From Schizochytrium sp. TIO01 (Eukaryota; Protista; Bigyra: Labyrinthulomycetes): a stretch of DNA of 64,000 bases. The stretch covers positions 1-64,000 of the forward strand of contig SMSO01000036.1 of NCBI GenBank assembly GCA_004764695.1, given 5' to 3'. Under the pieces are notes generated by a model that saw only the letters and a list, made by a program, of their open reading frames with translations, did not search any database and was not told where the DNA came from. The translations under genes were made by a program, and so were the position numbers. Positions 47,438 to 58,113 of this stretch are shown piece after piece (the stretch's first letter is position 1; every line of letters begins with the position of its first letter).

Positions 47438-49125
47438 CTACATGGCAACGGAAGAGGCACCCTCGTATTTTTGCATGAACTCTGTATGAAAAGCCTTGAA
47501 GCGTTCCAAGACATCGTCCATTACGTCCTCGGGTGGCAAAAAGGTTGTGCGAATGTGAAAGGTTCCCTCCCGCTGACCAAACCCAGATCCCGGCACAACA
47601 ACCAAGCCGGTAGATTCCAAAAGCTTCAACGCGTATCCAACATCAGGTCTAGTGCCTTGCGAAGAGCACTCGTCAACGTATTTAGATGGCAAGCGAATTT
47701 GAGGAAATGCGTACATTGCACCTTCGATTGGATTACACTCAATTCCGGGAACCGCGTTCAAAGCAGCCTGAAGCTTGGCAGCCCGGCGCTTCAAAGATGA
47801 GAAAAGAGCTTGCGATTCCTGGTTGAAAAGCTCATAAGAAGGTGCGCCCGGACGAGGAGGGTTAACCATAAGGCCAACAGCTAGTTGACCAGGGACATTC
47901 GAGCAAAGTCCAATAGAAGCAAGTTTATAAAACTGGTCCACAACAGGACGTGGAAACCCGAGAAGCTCAACGTAACCACCGCGAAGACCGCACTCCCCAA
48001 CCACACCTTTCGATGTGGAGTGGAAAGAAGCGAGCTGGAATGGAGCCACCATTTTACCTTCATCAGAAAGTAAGCCCATTTTGTTCACAATGCTTCGAAA
48101 GGAGACAAAAGTCTGATCATCCCTGTAGATGTTCTTCTGATACACCTCATCTGCCATGAGGACGAGGTTTTCTGACTTGCAAAATGAAACAATCTCACGC
48201 ATGTCGTCATCACTCATAACACTTCCAGTTGGGTTGCCGGGGTTGATAACGACCAAAGCACGAACAGTCTTACCAGCGGCACGGGTTTCTTTAAGAGCGC
48301 GCTGTACCTCCTGCAAATCAAAAGACCACCCAGTTTCTTCTCCCATGTAGTACTCGGCCATGTGTCCACCAAGGAGAGTAGTCAGCGAAGAGTAAAGCGG
48401 ATACTGAGGAATAGGGACCAGCACGGCGTCATTGCTGTCACGTAAAAGAAGGTTCATCAACGTTTTGACGGCTTCGCTGGCACCCGACATGAGGAAAATA
48501 TCTCCTGCGTGTGCCTTCACTCCACCATCACGTTCACTGATAAATTCGGCCACTTCCTCACGCACGCGGAAGACTCCTTGCGATTCGCTGTAAGCACCGA
48601 CAGATCCAACAGCCTTGAGGTAAACCTCCGCACGCTCATAGACATCAGAAGGGTAATCCAAAGCACGGCTTGCCAGCAATTCCGGATTCATGGTCAAGGA
48701 AAGAACCTGCCTTGTGAAGGAGATTGGCTTTTGGCCCAGGGCTTGGGGGTTGCCAATATTGCATTTGACAATTCTTGTAAAAGGATCTGTATATTGGAAG
48801 CAACCAAGAGCGAAGTTAGAGTTTCCTTTCCCATCCAAACATAGTCGGTTCATTTTCTGTTTCACCATAGTTGCAAACACTTACATGAACTCTTGCCACT
48901 GCGAAGTTCTTCCTCAATCTCCAGAGCTCGAAGCAAAAGAGGGCCACGTACAGCATATTCTGCTTTAATGACTGCTTCATTGATTGAGTCTCCATTGAGC
49001 TGCAGGTTGGTTTCGTTAAAGTCGCTATCACACGCCTCAGCCTCGACGCCAAAGCTCGGCGTTGCGAAAGCTACGACGATGACCGCTGCCACAAGAGAAA
49101 ACAAGGCATTCTTAGTAACTCGCAT
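47438..49125 (-). CDS. Alanine aminotransferase with N-terminal signal-peptide-like segment; exons 49125-48885 and 48786-47438
   Basis: EYAVRG, CNIGNPQ, GAYS.SQG, PIPQYPLYS, INPGNPTG, ADEVYQ.N, SFHSTSKG..GECGLRGG, GAMY.FP, VVPGSGFGQ. The 98-nt intron GTAAGT..CTAAC..TACAG restores the frame (SSYPF). Confidence 0.93.
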
Positions 49126-49741
49126 GGTTGTTGTCGCGTGAACTTTCCTAGGAGAAAAGGACCTTTTGGGGTTTGCGTCTTGTTGCAGCGCAGCACTCTT
49201 GTATCTTCTTAGGACCTATGAGTCCCTAGTACTGGGTAGGAAGTATATCTACCTTATTTTACATAGTTGCGAGATTGCAGTTGCGGAAGAGAGTTCTGCG
49301 TCTTCGACTTCAGGCTCAGGCTGTTGGACCAGAAAGCGTTGATTCCGGAATGTTCGCAAGCCGCGCTGCCTATTCATGCGATTTGTGCTGCAAACAAAAC
49401 CCTAGAAAACGTGTCAGTATTATATATGGACAATTTCTGTGGTGCTTCGCTTCGTTTCTGATTGTTCCTTATGTTCAAAAGAAGAGAGAAAAAAAAAAAG
49501 AGAGAGAGAAAGTGTCAAGTCCATGTAACATACTGGGAACACCGCCTAGTAGGCATTTCATCATCGTGATCATAAACAGAAGATTTTTGAATTTCAATGT
49601 GTACCACTCAAACGGCACTATAACAACTAAAGGAGGAGCAGAGGAATATGTAGAGTGAACATTTCAGCCGTCAGATGGTCCTTATCTGAAGGAAATGTTT
49701 ATACCAGCCTTGTCAAAAGAAGATTTTAGAGACAGACAAAA

Positions 49742-51691
49742 TCATTCGGTTTTAGCCTCCGAAGCTGCATCTCCAACTACCTCTGCTGCAGTGGGTTGAG
49801 ACACGTTTTCGTTGTTTTCCGAAGCCTTGACCTCGTTGCTGACTTCGCCATCAGTTACAGGCTCCTTGTCCTCAACTATTTCAGCTTGTGCTACTTCTGT
49901 AGTGTCTACTGCAGCAGCTTCTGAGGATCCTTCAGGACTTGGCTCTGTAGTAGTTGCTTCTGCAGGTGCCTCCTCTTCGTGCTCAGTAGAAACAGCACCG
50001 CCGTCAGCTTGTTCTTCAACAGTTACAGGTGTACCCTTGTCATCATCGTGTGCCGTTGCTTCGCTGGTACCAAATTCTCCAGAGGGTTCTGAAATGAATT
50101 CCTCAGATCCTATGCCCTTTTCGGAATTGTCTTCTACCTTAGCTTCTGTAGATTTGGCTTCTGCAGAGTCTTCCTCGGTCTTGGCTTCTGCAGAGTCTTC
50201 CACGGTCTTGGCTTCTGCAGAGTCTTCCACGGTCTTGGCTTCTGCAGAGTCTTCCTCGGTCTTGGCTTCTGCAGAGTCTTCCTCGGCCTTGACTTCTGCA
50301 GAGTCTTCCTCGGCCTTGACTTCTGCAGAGTCTTCCTCGGTCTTAACTTCTGCAGAGCCCTCCTCGGCCTTGACTTCTGCAGAGTCCTCCTCAGCCTTGA
50401 CTTCTGCAGAGTCCTTGATTTCTGGGTCAGCCATTGCTTCAACATTAGCTTCTTCGGTCACATTTGTGTCAGCCTGAACTTTGGCATCACTCTCAGGAAT
50501 GTTTCCCCCAGCATCATGTGATACTTCCTCGATGGCCTCATGAACAGCCTCTTCAACAGCCTCGGTTGCAACATCCTCTACCGCATCATCAATGGGCGTG
50601 TATGGCTCTTCAGGAGCATCAACAATCTTGTTGTCTTTATTCACCTCATTGGAAACATCATTCTTGCCTTCATGTTCCACAGACCCCACATCAGCCTTAC
50701 CCTCAACCTCGATTTCTTGGCTTCCTGCAGCAGTGCCTTGTTCCTTCGATGCTGATACTGCCGAAGGCTCATGGCCATGTAAAAAGTCTAGTACCTGAAT
50801 AACTGTACCCAGATCTCGGGGCACCTTTTCTTTGGCCCAAGCAAGATAGTGGTCCTTGGGAATATCGCGCTCCTCGCCAGGCTGAAACCCAAAGTCGCTC
50901 CGAATCATGTTCACAATATCTTCATCTGTTGAGTTTGCAAAACGCCCATGGTCATCCACACCCGACATATGTAAGGTACCTTGGGCAGCACACATAAACA
51001 TGATCGTCTATATTTCGTAAGCACATCATAGTGAAAATTGTCAGCTATCTTGGATTTCTTAGGCTTATCAAAAGCTTATTAGCATAGTTGCTAGGCAAGG
51101 GGAACTTACCAACTCATCAAAGCTGATTTCACCTCGTTTTTGGAAATCAAAGATGTCATACATGACTTAAGGATTCAGACCCCGGTTGTGTCAAGTTAGT
51201 GCTTGCCCTGCTGTGAAGAAAGCATCGCAGCCCTCCATGAAATGTAGCATACAAAGTGTCTTATAATAACGTACGGTCAACCTTGGCAGTCGCTGTACCC
51301 CTACACAAGACCGCAAAGCCTTCGAGAAAGTCAAGCGCATTCAATGTCTTTGTCGTCTGCGCCTTGGGGAATGAATCAAAGACAGCCTGCACCACATCTC
51401 CACCGAGATCCAGTTCGCACTCTCGGAATAACCTTTGGAGGTCTTCCTGAGGGATCCCAAAGTCCAAGTCCAAATCAAGGTACTTGTCAAGGAGTGCCTT
51501 GGCCGTGTCCACACCGACTGTGTTTTCATTTCAAAAGTTGCCACACGTACATTTTCTGTGAGTGAAAGAACCCTTCGCAGCACTATTATTCACCGTAAGT
51601 TTCCCCAGCTTTGTAACCTACATGCTCGCAGGGGCTCCAGAGACTCCCTGAACTGCACGTCACAGCCTTCCCGGGCCTGCGCGTTGCCCAT
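49742..51691 (-). CDS. Putative N-myristoylated EF-hand protein with long acidic repeat tail; exons 51691-51622, 51517-51275, 51165-51110, 51007-49742
   Basis: MGNAQA start. Three GT-AG introns keep the frame. LNALDFLEG.AVLC.G..AK..L.YDIFDFQKRGEISFDEL is NCS/calcineurin-B-like. Confidence 0.75.
50154..50414 (-). repeat. Coding 27-bp tandem repeat, ~10 copies (DSAE[V/A]K[A/T][E/V]E)
   Basis: Repeats of TCTGCAGAGTCTTCCTCGGTCTTGGCT and variants on the + strand. Confidence 0.95.
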
Positions 51692-52309
51692 TCTGACCTT
51701 GGTGACCTTCTCTACCCCACCGAGTTTCCGTGCCTCCTCAGATTCAAAGCTTTACTCTCTGCAGTATCAGCTCCTCGCTTGCAGAGCGGTTTTTCAAGTT
51801 CTGTCACCTATTCCAACTCGAGTATACTTTAGAATTTGCAGCTGTCTTCACGGGTACAGCTGGGCATGAATTGTGCACGTCTTAGCAAACTCGCTAAAAT
51901 CGAAGCACGGAAAATGTGGCAACGGTCGGGGCTAATAACATTGAGAACGTTGAGAACGTTGAGAACATTGTGAATGCTTTCGAATTTTTTACTTCTAACA
52001 ACCTATGAGCACAGAGCACGCACTCTGGTTCAAGCCAGAAGCATGGTAAGCCAGAAGCATAGTTACCTTCTCAACTCTACAGTAAGAAAACTCTTGGTAG
52101 GTACCTGTATTTTGTCAAAAATAGAGTATCCGGGACTCCCCAATCATCACACCGTACAGAGCTGTTGCTCGCCGACGAGAAGAACTAACGGCTTGAGCGA
52201 CCTTCGAGTTTCTACCAACTTAAGAGGACAGATTGGTAGGACTACTACCTAGCCTCTAATACCATTAGAGCAACGCCAGAATGAGGAAATCTAGTCGTCT
52301 ACCCTTTTG

Positions 52310-52312
<3 letters not shown>

Positions 52313-52372
<60 letters not shown>
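52313..52372. repeat. (GTATAT)10 microsatellite
   Basis: Direct reading. Confidence 0.95.
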
Positions 52373-52373
<1 letters not shown>

Positions 52374-52918
52374 CAGTCAATATGACAACCGCACCCAAAG
52401 AACGCCACATCTTCGAAGGCGAAAGGAGCGATAACTTTCTTATTCACGACCTAAGCGCTGCGAGTGAACAGGCTACGTGGATATCTCTCCTAACAGTTTG
52501 TTTTGCTTGCTTGCATGATTCCAAGACGAGTTACCCGTAGCGCCACTACTAGAGAAGGTTGGTAAGTGGTAGCACTCCATAAGACTGAAACTATGAGACC
52601 ACACTAAAAACACGAAATCCTCTGAGTAGCACTAGCTAGGCATAGCTCTACAGGTAGCTCCACTTGATGAAAACGATGCGGATTCTTTGTTTCCCGCTCC
52701 GCTACACTTCCACTCATCACGCCGTGCAAAATCGCTTCTCGCTGCAACGCGTTGCCCTTGGAAAGCAGAGCGCGACCCGAGCAAGGGCCCCTCTACCTTG
52801 CACGAGATTAGCGCTGGACAGCGTCAGAAGGTACTGATTGCAAAGCAACCAGACAGCCAGACGCCCACACCCGTTGTTTTTTTGCCCCTTCCTCTCAGTT
52901 TTAAGCCAGGCGAGCACC

Positions 52919-53896
52919 ATGCCGAAAGGAACTCCGCAATATGTTGCTCTCGAAGACAGCGAAGCGCCAAAGGAGCGTTCAGGCATTCACATAAAAAAGA
53001 GTATGCTGCTAGTCTTCTCTTTTGTATTCTTCCTGATCTTTATCTCCCCCGTCATGTTTGTCCAGGCTATGTTGCGTAGGATGCCAGCTCAAATCAACAT
53101 TATATTCAACATGCCTAGCGAAGATATCACTGAATCAGTCGCAAATGGTCTTCTCTCTAATGCGGATATAGATATTTTAGACGCTTTGTTGTTGCAGCAG
53201 CAGCAGCAGCAGCAACAACCTGAAATGCCACCGCGTCTCCGGCCCTCTACGAACAACAACATGATAGGCCCACTCCGATACCCTGTTGAGGTTTTTGCAC
53301 GTGGTAACCGTACCCAATTTGCAATGGAAACTATGAAAAACGGATTTCTTTTCGTGGTGGCACTTGGCAAAGACGGACAGCTGTGGCACTCGTATCAGGA
53401 AGCACCATCCGGCTATTGGAAACGCTGGGCGCCTCTGACCTCAGTCTGCCCTAATGCTACTGACGTGCAACGCCCATGCTCTTTTGATGCCGATCCTGCC
53501 ATAGGCAAGAACATCGATGGTCGTTTGGAGATCTTTGCCCGATTCGAAGATAACCTTGATCTCTGGCAAATGTACCAGATCTCTGCAGACGACCCTACCA
53601 AGTGGACGACTCCTCGAGAAGGCTCATGCGTGGATGAGGACCAAGACACTGCTGTTTGGCACTGCCTCAAACCTGGCCTTCCCTTAAAGCAGACCTATGA
53701 TAATTATTGGATTATCGAGAGCCCTGTTTTCCCCACAAGCGATGTAACAGTCCTCCGAAATGAAACATCTGGCAAACTGCAGGTATACTTCCGTAACTTC
53801 GAGGGTCATCTCTACGTGGTGGAGCAGCTTGAGGCCAGTAACTCGAACAAATACGCCGTGCCACGTATTGTTGCGTCTGATCTCACCTTTATCTAA
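52919..53896 (+). CDS. Type II membrane protein with PLL-like (bacterial lectin) beta-propeller blades and polyQ (325 aa)
   Basis: TM anchor near aa 28-50 and a Q9 tract. Blade motifs VEVFARG, G.DGQLWH.YQ..P.G.W..W..L, DPAIGKN.DGRLEIFAR, GKLQVYFR..EGHLY. First ATG at 52919. Confidence 0.7.
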   Translation: MPKGTPQYVALEDSEAPKERSGIHIKKSMLLVFSFVFFLIFISPVMFVQAMLRRMPAQINIIFNMPSEDITESVANGLLSNADIDILDALLLQQQQQQQQPEMPPRLRPSTNNNMIGPLRYPVEVFARGNRTQFAMETMKNGFLFVVALGKDGQLWHSYQEAPSGYWKRWAPLTSVCPNATDVQRPCSFDADPAIGKNIDGRLEIFARFEDNLDLWQMYQISADDPTKWTTPREGSCVDEDQDTAVWHCLKPGLPLKQTYDNYWIIESPVFPTSDVTVLRNETSGKLQVYFRNFEGHLYVVEQLEASNSNKYAVPRIVASDLTFI

Positions 53897-55370
53897 ACAT
53901 AGTTGTTCGGAATGTCTGTTCTATGCTAGGTCTAGAGCCAGCCGTTCCTAGAATACGTGTATCATCTTCCTGCATAGAGTCATTCGCTGCATATTTTAGT
54001 TTTCTAGTTGCGCACACGACGCAAACAATGCTCACCTTCTCTGATTTCGGAATACATCAGCTCACGTCTGGTGTTGAGTTCTTATAGAGAGACTTTCATC
54101 CTGATTTAAAAATTCAAGGTTAGACTGACACTCATTCAAATAGCGAATGATTTTTTAAAATAAATATGCAGTAATATATATAGATTCATATTTCAGTATG
54201 TAACAAGGGAAAGAGTGGAACAGCATGTTGAGCTGTCGGCACATTTCCTTGCTTTCATTCATTGAATGTTGCTTTATGCTTAAGGTCCACAAGCCAGCTT
54301 TGTCTTGTCTGGTGCTGCGAAAATGAGTTTTAAAGGTGGCAGGTCGATTGGTGCTGAGAGTCAGCTGGAGGTTGACGATGAAGATGAAGGCTCTAAGAAA
54401 GCTTTAGAAGGCTTGGTAATCTATGTCTTGAAGGGTTAGAGGTCTGCTGTCCTTCAAAGGCCGACTGATTCATATTGTAATAAGGAAACTAAGACATGCT
54501 TAAACTTTGTTAGACACAATTGACGAGGTCAGGTTAACTCGCCTCTTCAACGATCGATTCAGATTTCACCATGCTTAATTCTAGAGAATGTGTATGCAAA
54601 CTTTTTGTGCTTGACTTCTCAACCACGCAAGTCTGGTTGTCTATTTCTATTCTTTTGCAAGTCCTTTGTCCATGAGGTCGTACAAAGGGATGCGTAAAAT
54701 CTAAATATGTCTTATCGAGTAGTTCCTTCGATTGGAGATCTTGACAATTTGAAAATACTACCGAGGCTCAATCCTCTTCTCTTGCTTATTTAAAAAAGAT
54801 GCTCAAGTATTATCTAAAGACAATGACAAGAAGACCTAGAGTTTTAAGGCCATTCTATGGTGCGTGTATATAAACATCTCTATCATGGAAGACAAAATTG
54901 CGGATGGACAGAACTGTGCCCAGAGCATGGGGCTCGCCAACATGTGTTCGTGGGCAGAGGGTATACTTGGGGAGATGATGCATTCTTGAGGGCCTTGTTC
55001 CTGGATTCTATCAATCTTCTGTTAGTATCTGACCTGGCCTAGGAGTGCCGAACTTGGTGAGCCATCAACTTCATCGTTTTAGATTCAAGCTTTAAGAGTG
55101 CCTGTAGAGACAGGTTTTGTCAATTTACTAATTTACTTTAAATTCAAAGATTCTCTTCGGTGCAAGGATATTTAAATCAGGATCAATTCAGCATAACTTA
55201 TTTCATTGAATGCTAAACCTGAAATGATGGGCTGGCAGAGTCTCTGTAGATGTTGACGAGTAAATACGTATCTTCTCGCCGATAGTTTCTCTCACACCTG
55301 CAATGATTATATCAAAGCTCTGCGCAAAATCTCAAATATATTTAGAACCATTCCAGGAAGGGAAATAAGA

Positions 55371-57002
55371 TCATGGTCTAAAGAAAGCGGATTCATGGCG
55401 AGGGTCGAGATGTTCAATTGACTTTTGAAACTCGGCGAGCTGAGTATCAACATCCCCAATATCTTTTGCTGGTAGTCGATACGCAGCATTTTCATTAAAA
55501 AACTGAGAACAAAATAAGCAAACTCGTACCTCATCATAACAGCGTGGTGCACGGGACCGTTTAGCGTCAGGCCTCACATGAACCCCCCAGGACTCTCGTA
55601 GGTCCATAATGGCTTTATATGAAATGTTCATTGGGAGATTAAGCGCATTAAATGACTTTTCGCAGAGTGCGCAACGCCGTTCTGGCTTGCCAGCATACTT
55701 TTCCTGAAGTAGGACCATTTGCTCCGGAGCCATCCGCTGGCGCACACGCTGAAGATCCTTGGCCACGCGCACACGCTGCGTGGCATTTGCATGGCCGACT
55801 TTGATATCTCTATCCATAATACGGAACGTAACCGCATATGTTGCTGGGTGTTCCATATGGCGGTGCTGCAACATCCATTTACGTTCAGCCATTCGCTGAG
55901 CGTAAGCGCCTTCAAGCAAACTAGAGCTCTTTGTGTTAGTCAGACTTACTGGAGCTTGTAATGTTTCCTGTGAGTCATCAATGCCACCGGCCTTCTTCGT
56001 TATAGCTTTTAGTTTTGCGCGTTGGGACATATCTAATGGTTGTAAAAGCTTACGCAAAGACGCACGCCGCTGTTTCTGTTTATGACGAAGACGCGCAGCA
56101 TTTTCCTCGCCCATGGCTGCCGTTTCAAGCTGTCTAGTTAGCTCTTCGACACTGGATGTTCGAGGTTTCTTGCCTCCATTTTGCGCTGCATTCTTCTCCG
56201 CCTCTGTTGGAGGATCTCCAGATCGCGTCATGATTGTAGGCACAGTTAGATCTCCACTGATAGAGTTGAAGCGATGTTCGTGGATTGGCATCTCTAAAGC
56301 TGTTGCATATAATATGCTGTCTCGCCTTAAGTCATCCATCGCGAGAGCTTCGTCCAAGAGAGCAATTCCCTCATTTACTTCGTCCAGGTCAGCATTTTCG
56401 TCTACAGAAGAAGTGTCATTCTTCCTGCGTTCGAGCACATAAGGCACTTTAGATGCTGACACATTTACCACACTTGCTCGATGCGGAACAGGAGAGCTTG
56501 CCATATTAGGTGATTCAGGCTTAGATTTTATTGGAGCTTCATTGTTTTTAGTCTCCTCAACTTTCTCTAATTCTGTCTCTTGAGCTTTCATCAAACAAAG
56601 ATAGCGAATGAAGAGGTTTAAGAGCGGGCCTGTGTCGTCGTCTCCTTCGACAAAGTCATATCCAGCAGAATCAAAGATTTCCCCGTCATCTCGGTCTGCA
56701 ATGAATGAAAATCCTTCTTTTCGTGTCTGTAATGCTGATCCAAAGATATGTCGCCTTAATCGTGGAATATCAATAGCACGGGAAAAGCGATACCAAACCC
56801 CAATTCTTTTGGCTTCAAGTTCTTTTTGAGCTGCCTCTGTACTATTGCTGCGATTCTTAGATCCAGGATTGTTGCGAGCCATGCATTCTGCGTCAAAAGA
56901 TTGCAAGGTTTTAGAAAACCCAGCTCTTTTCAGGTATTCGCGGACAACAAGACCTTCAAACTCATGCATTTCATGTTCAGTCTGCGTAGAAGTTGTTGCC
57001 AT
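55371..57002 (-). CDS. Hypothetical protein with N-terminal LisH motif and C-terminal C4 zinc-finger-like motif (543 aa)
   Basis: LVVREYLKRAGFSKTLQSFDAE (LisH). CALC...CLFC pair near the C terminus. Confidence 0.75.
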   Translation of the reverse strand: MATTSTQTEHEMHEFEGLVVREYLKRAGFSKTLQSFDAECMARNNPGSKNRSNSTEAAQKELEAKRIGVWYRFSRAIDIPRLRRHIFGSALQTRKEGFSFIADRDDGEIFDSAGYDFVEGDDDTGPLLNLFIRYLCLMKAQETELEKVEETKNNEAPIKSKPESPNMASSPVPHRASVVNVSASKVPYVLERRKNDTSSVDENADLDEVNEGIALLDEALAMDDLRRDSILYATALEMPIHEHRFNSISGDLTVPTIMTRSGDPPTEAEKNAAQNGGKKPRTSSVEELTRQLETAAMGEENAARLRHKQKQRRASLRKLLQPLDMSQRAKLKAITKKAGGIDDSQETLQAPVSLTNTKSSSLLEGAYAQRMAERKWMLQHRHMEHPATYAVTFRIMDRDIKVGHANATQRVRVAKDLQRVRQRMAPEQMVLLQEKYAGKPERRCALCEKSFNALNLPMNISYKAIMDLRESWGVHVRPDAKRSRAPRCYDEVRVCLFCSQFFNENAAYRLPAKDIGDVDTQLAEFQKSIEHLDPRHESAFFRP

Positions 57003-58113
57003 TTTATTCTACCAAAGTCGAAGGATTTTGAACAGAATACAACCAAGAAACTTGGAGATTTGAACAACAACAGGTCAAGCTTGTAGTAGCAAAGGCATCT
57101 ACGTCTTGCTTTCAAAGAAGACAAGCCACGAAAGAGCAGCTTGCGTGCTTTTGCTTACTTGCATATGTCCCTAGAAAGCATGAATCTCTTTCTTATGATA
57201 CAAAAAATACATGCATATATATATATAAATATATATATATATTTATATTTATATACATTTATATGTCAAAGGCAGTGTGTACCCCATCTTCAATGCACAC
57301 GATGTTCTCGAGAACGATTGAATAGTACCCAGTACCAATCAGAAATGCAAACAGCAAAATCTAACAATTCTGATCCTACTCTAATTTCCTATGGAGTTTT
57401 CTGATTCAGGGTTACTGCACTACATACTAGTGATACTACTCCCCTGAGAAAAAACAAACAAAAACAAACAAGAAGCTACTGGACTTTAGGCAGGCAGAAG
57501 GAAAGCTTACAAATAGAGATCCGTTGAGAATATCAAGGGAACAAAGGGAATGCAATTTTCTTGTGTGATGTCCCCATCGCAGACGGACAATCTTTAACCT
57601 TTGTGTAGAGTAGCACAGCAGCCATGCACAATGTTACGATTGGTACATCGCTTCATCGTATAGGGCCGCTTGCTAGCCCGTTCGTTCTCACTTCTCGTTT
57701 GTTGAGCTCTAGTAGTACAATCATTTTCTTCTTTAAATGATGGGCTCAACCCAGGGACCCTTTTTGCAAAGAGTAGTTCCCTAGCCCAAATTATATCTAC
57801 ATACCAGGGTATTCCTGTTAAAACAACTGCAAAGCTCTTCCCCCCCGCTCGAGCGCACGCATCCACAGTCGCATCTCGTTACAAATCAATCTGGTGCTCT
57901 TTGAGTTCAGTTTCCGAGTGGACAACCTACATGGTTGTGGCAATACTTGCTGGATATATTCGGGACTAGCTCGGATATCGGTAGCTTACCTAAGCTCTTG
58001 TACAACTAAAGACCCCAGGCTACGTCAAAACGAAATCGGCTTTGAGCAAAGGCAAATAAGGTTTTGCAGTTGCCTACCTGCTTGGCTTGTGTGCGCACTT
58101 GCTTCCGCTCAGA

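Noticed and set aside
49050-49125. ASAFAP-type plastid-targeting signal (VVA-FATP) on AlaAT
   Set aside because: The following segment is acidic rather than transit-peptide-like, and this lineage is not known to have a plastid.
45025-50802. Long antisense or overlapping ORFs (e.g. 46105-46701, 49812-50477)
   Set aside because: They are shadows of codon bias and repeats in LTV1, AlaAT and the acidic-repeat gene.
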